A stretch of DNA of 64,000 nt from Tubiluchus corallicola (taxonomy: Eukaryota > Animalia > Priapulida), in the NCBI GenBank assembly GCA_030141605.1, contig JAQGDQ010000063.1:372001-436000 (forward strand). The letters run 5' to 3'. The notes beneath the pieces are model-generated. The model saw only the letters and a list, made by a program, of their open reading frames with translations. It searched no databases and was not told the origin of the DNA. Made by a program: the position numbers and the translations under genes. Position 1 is the first letter of the stretch, and every line of letters starts with the position of its first letter. Below are positions 37,034 to 64,000 of this stretch, piece after piece.

Positions 37034-39904
37034 ATGTCGTTGCACGGAGATGGGGTTAATCGCACGATGCTGCCTATGGATGGATACAGTAGTTATGCTG
37101 CTGCAAATCAAGCTCAAGAACAAGATGCTAATTCTGCTCTTATGGAGCTGGACATTGGGTTGAGGTCACCGAAAATTGGTGAGCAAAGCGAAGCCATTGT
37201 ACGATTTCCATGCCTTTTTCAAAAATATCCATTTCCTATTCTTATAAATTCTGCGTTTCTGAAACTCGCTGATATCTTTCGAACAGGTAACAACTTCTTG
37301 AGGCTGTGTGTTCTTCGAGTGACTCAGCAAAGCGAAAAACATTTGGAAAAGATCTTGAATGTCGACGAGTTACTAAAAAAGATTTTTTCTGTCATTTATA
37401 GTAATGATCCATTAGGCAGAGCCTTGACTTTGCAGACTCTTGGCAGTTTGGCACCTATAATCTCAGAAAGGAAGAATGTACATCACAGTATTCGCACTAG
37501 TCTTGACTCAAATGATACCGTGGAAGTAGAAGCAGCCATTTATGCCGCTAAACAGTTTGCAGCTTGCTCTAGTGTCTTTGCTACGAATATATGTGACAAG
37601 ATATCTGATATAATTGGTGGCCTTGCAACTCCTGTAGAAATGAAATTAAAACTGATACCAATTCTTCAACACATGCACAGAGATCCTCGTACATCAACTA
37701 GGGTGAGACAAATGTGTAATGACATGTTACCTCTTTATCCAGCTGAAAACTTTGTGTTGATTACATTGCATACTCTAACACAACTTTCTGCTGTTTCGCT
37801 TTTAGATATCTCAGAACAAATACAACTACTACTTACCTACTTGACAAACGACTCTCGGAGCGCGGTCAAGTTATTGTGCCTAAGAGATTTGAAGAAATTA
37901 GCTCAGATTGCACCACATTTATGGAATGAGAAAGCTCTAGTGATGTTAATAAATAACTGTGTTGATGATACACATTCAGAAACAGAATTGCAACTGTCAT
38001 CATTAAAAGTACTAACCACTCTAGCAAAAACGATAGCAGTGGAAAAATTAGATGTCAGTAGCCAATCACAACTGATTCGATTCTGTTTGGATACTTGTTA
38101 TAGTTGTTGTGTTGTGACATCCTCTCAAGCCATTCAGCTTGGAACTGCACTCATTTTACATAAAAGCAACATGTTAGCTGAATTTCTGCAGCAAATATTT
38201 TCAGCTATAGAAATGCATATTGTAAATGCAGCCAGTAATGTAACACAATCAGATAAAGTTGCATTTAAGAACATACTTAAATGTTCTATTGACTTGTGTT
38301 TCTTGCGCGATAATTGCACAGCTGACGTAGTTTTGGCCATGTCTGAGGTCTTGTTGGTTGTTGATCGAAGCACTGCAATCATGTTATGTGAAGCACTAGC
38401 AGCAATTGGCAGTAAAAAGCCTGAGGTACTGAATAGCTGCATCACCCAAATTCTGAGTTGCTTAAATACTTTAGCGGGAAGTGCAGCAGGTCAATCTGAC
38501 AAGGTTTTGGTATTGTTAACAACAGTCTTACTTCAGCTTAACCAAGCTAGGATTGAACCTCATGTTTTTTCGGTGATCCAAATGACAATAGATAAAAGCA
38601 GTCAATGGGACAGGTTCTGCATTGCAAGGCAATCAGCTAGATACGGTCATCACATTGTTGCAAGTACCATCTTTGAGAACTTGACTTCAGTAATTTCAAG
38701 TGAACATTTTTTCTTTTGGTTATGTGCACTAAGAGATTTTACTTTTGCTGAGACATCATTAAGTTCATCAACATCAAGCATGGAACATCACAGTGACAAT
38801 CTCAGTCAAGCAATAATGTCGTATCAGAAAGGAATGTCATCACTTAAAGCCGCTAACACTCCAAACTTTACATTTCAGTTTCAGAAAGATTTTGTAGAAT
38901 TAAGAGTGAGCACTTTGCAAGCACATGTAAAATTAAGACATGCATGTAATAGCCTACGCACTTGTCCACCACCAGCACTTACTATTGCCATAGGTGATCC
39001 ATTGCAACGCTTAGGCAAGGTTGGTATGCAGCTGCAAGAAAGGTTGAGGCAATTTCAGAATTTAAGCGGTCGTTACAATACTCTGTACCAGTCTTGTTTC
39101 GATGCTGATTCTGTGTCGCTTGCCGTTATCCAAAAACTGCAGCTTTCGTGTCATTTAATGGCGCAACGAATAGATGCCGTGCTAAACAGCTGTTTATCAG
39201 GTAGACCCAGGAGTCGCTTATTCTCAGGTGGGGCAAAGAAAAATTTGTTGGCTGTTGCACAAGAAACTGTTCCATTAGAAGTAATGGCTCTGCAAAGTGC
39301 AATGATGACAATATTGTCATCTAGTACTGTACCACCAGGGCCTATTAATCATGAACATGCTAAGATGTTGGCAGATGCATCTAGATTTCTCATCAGTGTT
39401 CCATTGTGTTTCCCTAGATTTTTCTTTCAAACTCTTCAACAAACTAACATTAAGCTTGCATTCACTCCTCAACCAAAAAACACATGTGATCGTGCAATTA
39501 TCGTTTTCCATGAGACCAGCCTAGCATTAAAGGTGGAAGGTGTCATTCAGCACGGTACGAAACCTGGAATATTTCGGCGTGTACACAGCATCTGTCTGAA
39601 GGTCACATCTTCTTTGACAAAGCCAGAAATAGTTCGGCCAAATGTGAAGTTGCCTACAATTTCTGCTAGTGAAATAAGCAAAACTGCTGTTCCACACAAT
39701 GATTATTTCAGTCTACAGTTTTTGTTGAGTTTTCCTTTTCCAGGATTATATGTGTTACACATAGATACTTATATTGTAGATTGTGATGGAAAAAAGTGGT
39801 GCAGTGGTCCTCAGAATACTCTCCTGGTGAAATCACTTCATGATAGTACACATGCTGGGCAGCACAGGTCTGCATTACAATTTCAGACACAGAGATTTCC
39901 CTGA
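37034..39904 (+). CDS. INTS7: Integrator complex subunit 7, single coding exon, 956 aa
   Basis: Signature EQDANSALMELDIGLRSPKIGEQSEAIVRFPCLFQKYPFPILINSAFLKLADIFRTGNNFLRL, and C-terminal PRFFFQTLQQTNIKLA...LKVEGVIQHG...PHNDYFS. The first ATG after the acceptor is 37034; the ORF-track TTG start lies in the intron. Confidence 0.96.
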   Translation: MSLHGDGVNRTMLPMDGYSSYAAANQAQEQDANSALMELDIGLRSPKIGEQSEAIVRFPCLFQKYPFPILINSAFLKLADIFRTGNNFLRLCVLRVTQQSEKHLEKILNVDELLKKIFSVIYSNDPLGRALTLQTLGSLAPIISERKNVHHSIRTSLDSNDTVEVEAAIYAAKQFAACSSVFATNICDKISDIIGGLATPVEMKLKLIPILQHMHRDPRTSTRVRQMCNDMLPLYPAENFVLITLHTLTQLSAVSLLDISEQIQLLLTYLTNDSRSAVKLLCLRDLKKLAQIAPHLWNEKALVMLINNCVDDTHSETELQLSSLKVLTTLAKTIAVEKLDVSSQSQLIRFCLDTCYSCCVVTSSQAIQLGTALILHKSNMLAEFLQQIFSAIEMHIVNAASNVTQSDKVAFKNILKCSIDLCFLRDNCTADVVLAMSEVLLVVDRSTAIMLCEALAAIGSKKPEVLNSCITQILSCLNTLAGSAAGQSDKVLVLLTTVLLQLNQARIEPHVFSVIQMTIDKSSQWDRFCIARQSARYGHHIVASTIFENLTSVISSEHFFFWLCALRDFTFAETSLSSSTSSMEHHSDNLSQAIMSYQKGMSSLKAANTPNFTFQFQKDFVELRVSTLQAHVKLRHACNSLRTCPPPALTIAIGDPLQRLGKVGMQLQERLRQFQNLSGRYNTLYQSCFDADSVSLAVIQKLQLSCHLMAQRIDAVLNSCLSGRPRSRLFSGGAKKNLLAVAQETVPLEVMALQSAMMTILSSSTVPPGPINHEHAKMLADASRFLISVPLCFPRFFFQTLQQTNIKLAFTPQPKNTCDRAIIVFHETSLALKVEGVIQHGTKPGIFRRVHSICLKVTSSLTKPEIVRPNVKLPTISASEISKTAVPHNDYFSLQFLLSFPFPGLYVLHIDTYIVDCDGKKWCSGPQNTLLVKSLHDSTHAGQHRSALQFQTQRFP

Positions 39905-42664
39905 ATATGTATGTATATTATATACATGTGTCTGTATCTAATGATGGCCAATTAGTAATAAGTTATGTATATAACTATACATATATTATGTATGTATGTT
40001 TGATAATGCAAAGTAAAAGTTTTCATTTCGATAGTTTTACCTGAAATGAAACCACTAAACTAGCCATATAAGGCAAAGGACTTGCTGTAACCTATCAGCA
40101 ACTGAATATAATAATGTTCTTGTTTACTAGTAATGCATTTTTTTTAATTAGAATAATAGTTATAGTTTTGCAGTGCAGCTCCAGTGAACTACTGTAACTA
40201 CTAACTGGATAGTTGCATTCAATATATATATCTAAATATTATATTTATTATTTAACATTTAATAGCCTTATTTATAAAAGCATCTCTTGTATCAAGCCAT
40301 ACACTGCTGCAAAATACCTAAATTTCATGTACATTATTAGCTAAATCGCGATGTGTAACAGATGAACAAATTCAGAGATATAATTATATTGTATGCAGTT
40401 CAGTCTTGTAAGACAGATTTGAAAATGTACCATAATGAAAAGATTTTAACAATTATGTTTGCTTGACTAAAAAGGTAAAGAGTAGCAACAAACTAGAGAC
40501 ATACACGCTTATATGTTTAGTAAATTTGCACATTGTAACATACACATTTCTTTTTTTCATTGTACCATTCTCGACAGTTAGTTCAAATGCAAAACGAGTG
40601 ATTTTTACATAATGACACCTTACACTTTATTTTTCACATGACCATTGTTACAGATAGTTCTCTAAACAGAAGCTTGATTTCTTCAAATATTAGATGCACA
40701 ATAATTATAATTTATTACAAAGTGTAGTGATTGATAAAATAAATTCTGACTGTGAAACAACCACAAATGAGACAATCATTATAGTCAGTTATTTAAAATG
40801 ACAATGATAATACATTTTCAAACACAAAACTGCACAAAATTTTTAATCTTGCAGACACAATGGAAACGAGTAATAGTACATAAATAATCAAACGTAAAAA
40901 ATGCTAAAATAACAAGGACAACTATCGCTTTTCAATCAAAAATTCAAGTAGACTAGAGTTAACTAGAACAAATAAAAAAATCTTCATATTACAGAATAAT
41001 ATCTCTAAAGTGAGTCACTACAAACAGAACTATCAACATCTATAAAACATGCAAGTTATAAACTGCAGATTACATTGTTTAAGACTACTTCTATATGTGA
41101 TTTTTTACTTACAGTATATTATATTATGCAATATGAAACGCATAAAACAAGTAATTATATTGTTGGTCTGTTTACTAAAGTGCACTATGATCACTAAACT
41201 GCACATTACTCTATTTAAATCAAGACAAATACAATCACAGCAAAAACAAACACCTATTATTTATATATAAATAAGAACAATTAATAAAAATGAAATAGTT
41301 AATATAACACTTACCGAAGAGATGTATTTAATAAAAATACGTAATACTATACTGTACTGTGCATGAACACAAGATGTATAAGAGGTGGTCAAAGGCATAA
41401 ATTATAATGAATAACAACCACAACATAAAAATTTTAAATAATTTACTATGCTAACTATTGCATGAGAAGAAAAATGGGCACACAATGTAAAACATGGGTT
41501 ACAAAAGAAAATGAGTAGCTTATTATTGTAATGGCTTTAATTAAAAAAAACTTCACCCAGTCTCTACTAGATGATAAAACTAATAATTACAATTACATAT
41601 TATGATGTATTTTACATTACAAAATGTTTAAGGGATTTGATGTGAATCAATCTGTCTTGTTTAGCTGCTTCATGGACTGGGTACATAACTTATAATCATC
41701 ACACCAATAAAAAATGACAGACTATATAACACTCATTGCTAAAGCAAAAATGGCCACATTTTCTACTGAAAGAAACTATAGTGAAACTAAGACAGAATAC
41801 TGGTTCACATAAAATTGTACAACAATCAAATTGATATTTGTATTTGAGAAGCTCCTGTAATTGGGCTGTAGATCAGCAAGTGAAACACATCATTAATGAT
41901 GACTAAGATAAAATTTAAAAGTTCATTTCTATGACTGCAATCACTACAGCAACCTACTATAAAGATAAATAAATGTATTAATTTTCAATTAAAAACGTTA
42001 CTATGCTAAGTTATTCACACACGGATATATGCATAGATCTGTACAATTCAAAAAACGGACATTGTAATAACGAAATGCTATAATGATATGGTGGTCCAGA
42101 AATGCAATTTGTAAACTTGCCTGAAAAAATGTTAACATTACAACCACATTATTTATCTACTACCTAAGCCTAATTTATACACGTTTAAAGCTAAAGCAAG
42201 AAATGTATACAATTCTGTTGAAACAGTGATACATGTACAAAAATGTTTTACAATCACGGTGCAGCATTGCCACCATGTGATTCCGCCATATTTAGATTTC
42301 TGATTAAAATATTAAGAAAAATGTTTACTAGTTCTAATTCTTTATTATTTACGATATTATAAAAACATGGTTGCTGCCCTCATTGCTCAGGCAGGTAAAT
42401 AAAAATACATGTCTTGTACTAATAGTATCGCTCACTTCAAATAGCCAAGTAAAATATTAGTATCGAAGTGTACCTTTGATAACATCCTTAATAATGAGTT
42501 ACAGAAAGGTCCTACCCAAGTAACATAGTAGGTCCTGCGATTTAGTGCTGAATGCTGCTTTGAAATGTCTCACAAACTGTACAAAAAATGAGACAACTAA
42601 ATCGAGTATTCTTTTCCTTTTTCAAATATATTTAAATCTCCGCAAAAATTGTTTTTTATACATT

Positions 42665-61727
<19,063 letters not shown>

Positions 61728-63850
61728 CTGCAAAAAGTAAAATATCAGATTAATTTACTTCATTAAATTCGTAACGCGCAAATAAAAGCACAAATATGTG
61801 TATGCACAAATAAGATTTCATTTTCTATAATGTACTCGGAGATATCTAGAGACAGACGGGTTGTAAGTTATAATTTATCAGTATCATACAAATAATGCCT
61901 GTCTAGAGAAATTACTTTATCTAAAACACTTTAACATGAATCATCTTGTGCGGTGGTTAGGCATAAAGTATAAGATAAACACTGAGAAACATTGAGAATA
62001 GATGAACGATAACGATCACCTCCAAAAATGCTTGTAAATGGCGTTTGTTCTGATTTTATTATATTGACGAACTTTTACGTTTGGAAATTGTAAATGACCA
62101 AATGTAATTTCTCGTGAAATTGCCACCTATTATAACAGTAGTTAGAAAACAAATTGAATTACTAACTACTCTGTATATATATAATAACCTAAAAGCGTTA
62201 TTACACGTACACTTCGAAATTTGCTTAAAGTAACCCAAAGTATAATTTCTCTCTTTAACTAGCCTCTAACGTCAGTAGTCAATCAGGCACAGTAAACGTT
62301 ATGTAACAAGCACTCGGCTGATGGTGTGAATGCAGGGCAGAGTCTACGAGCAGCTACATTCTAAACACAGCCTTCAGCGCTCAGCAGTATAAACTGTTGA
62401 TTAAATGAGACGAAACCAAATAAGCACGGGTAGGAGAGGCAAACGGTTCAAACAGTTTTACAAGCTCAGCTTGGATTATTCACAGGCTAACTGAGTTTAA
62501 CCCTAGTATGATGCAGATGAGGACATGTCACAGACGACTCCTGACCCAAAGCAACTGCAGGCACGTGCCGTTGTCTATCATAAAATGTAAAACGAAGAGC
62601 ATCTGTCTAAAAACATTTCAGAAACAGATACCGACCTGTATCCCGAGGAAGTACAGAGCTACAAACAAATCAAGTTGATGGAATGAAACCCAGCAGTCAC
62701 AATACTCTAAGTCTAGGCTTATGTACAAATACTTCTTATAATTATATACAGTGGAAACATGTTAATTTGCATAAAGATGTCCGAAGACAGTATAAACCTG
62801 TGCAACATTAAGATGCAGCACAAAAGTTTCAGCATTAGAGATTTACTCCTCCCTGGGGAGTCCTACAACTGTGAGAAAATGGCTCCAGTTGAAAGACTTA
62901 CAACGAAAAGTCATTAGATGAAGCCATTAGCGTTAACCAGTATTTCTAGAATCAATCATTCACATGCTGGATGCTGCAGTAACTCCCTTGCCTTACAGTG
63001 AGAGAAGAAAGTGAATTATAGAACATCTACATAATTACACTAGACATGCAGGAAAACTGATCAATGTGATGTTACTTACTATGTGATGATCATACAGTCA
63101 ACAAGCGTTCAAGAATGTTGACTTCAACAAAGACGCGCGTAGGTTATTGTCATGATATTGACTGTATTCAACAAAACTGCACAAATAATAATTATAGTGG
63201 GAACAGTGGTTAACCCAGTTGTCTAAACTTACTACTAAGCATTTATAATAATTCTGACAATAATGCCAAAAAACCATTTTTTGCAATTCATACTTTGAGA
63301 CTAATAATATTGTAATCATTGAATCACTCATGATCGATACGCCTACAGTGACGCATGTAAACCTATAAAACAGGGTAACCGCAAAATCAAATATTAGTTT
63401 TCATTTATTAGTTTTTATTTATTTTAAATCAGACAAAAGTGTTGCCACTTCTGACTGATTTAAAATAAAATGAGCTCCGGAACTGCAAGTTCCTGGCGCA
63501 GAACAGACCAGCTGGCTTTAGCAAACTCTGACTGCTGGAATATTTTCAACTAAAAATTCATCATAAATGCATATCTACGCGAAGTTTATCCTTAATCTAG
63601 AAAAAATTATATAGGTTTTACATGCCGCAGCTTTATATAGTATATTGAATTTCGGCACTTGCTAGGTTTTATACGCAGGAACACATTCAGTTTATAGTTT
63701 TATGATGTTGTTTCAAAACTTTTTTGACGGCTATGAACTTTTAACAGTTTCGCAAATAAAAAACGTTCGGTGTTAAGTTTTTTTGGGAAATACACCCCAC
63801 AGTATTTCACGCTCCGTATGAACTGCCTGTGACTTCCAACAGAGTTATGA

Positions 63851-64000
63851 AGCGCACCACGCGTCAAACCTGAGCAATGGCAGCGCACCACGCGTCAAAC
63901 CTGAGCAATGGCAGCGCACCACGCGTCAAACATGAGCAATGACAGCGCACCACGAGTCAAACCTGAGCAATGGCAGCGCACCACGCGTCAAACCTGAGCA
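63851..64000. repeat. 31-bp GC-rich minisatellite, at least 4.8 copies, runs off the window
   Basis: Unit agcgcaccacgcgtcaaacctgagcaatggc, head-to-tail with no spacers. Confidence 0.97.

Noticed and set aside
38134-39890. Antisense ORFs within INTS7 (likewise within the CNK giant exon and otopetrin exons)
   Set aside because: Short shadows of real coding sequence with no recognisable motifs.
63851-64000. 31-bp repeats as a CRISPR array
   Set aside because: Units are head-to-tail with no unique spacers, there are no cas genes, and the context is eukaryotic.

Overview
AT-rich eukaryotic genomic DNA from an invertebrate animal (lophotrochozoan-like by impression; taxon not established), with GT-AG introns. 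I reconstructed three protein-coding genes by hand from splice sites and reading phase. (1) A CNK/CNKSR-family MAPK scaffold on + (2187-28813, 22 coding exons, about 1545 aa): SAM-CRIC-PDZ-PH, a 1970-nt disordered exon, a C-terminal coiled coil and the PDZ-binding tail ETEV. (2) Integrator subunit 7 (INTS7) on + (37034-39904), whose CDS has no introns. (3) An otopetrin proton-channel gene on - (stop at 42665, exons traced to at least 61727), convergent with INTS7. Introns and intergenic DNA hold decayed LINEs, hAT-type MITEs with 8-bp target-site duplications, a long-TIR foldback element, Helentron-like repeats, microsatellites and minisatellites. I found no CRISPR array, rRNA or intact tRNA, and no clear new multi-gene system. 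The best leads are a frame-restoring microexon pair inside the CNK PDZ domain, several candidate alternative first exons of the otopetrin, substitution of both conserved triad tyrosines in that otopetrin, the intronless INTS7, and a LIR-like motif in the giant CNK exon. All exon models are sequence-only predictions that need RNA-seq.
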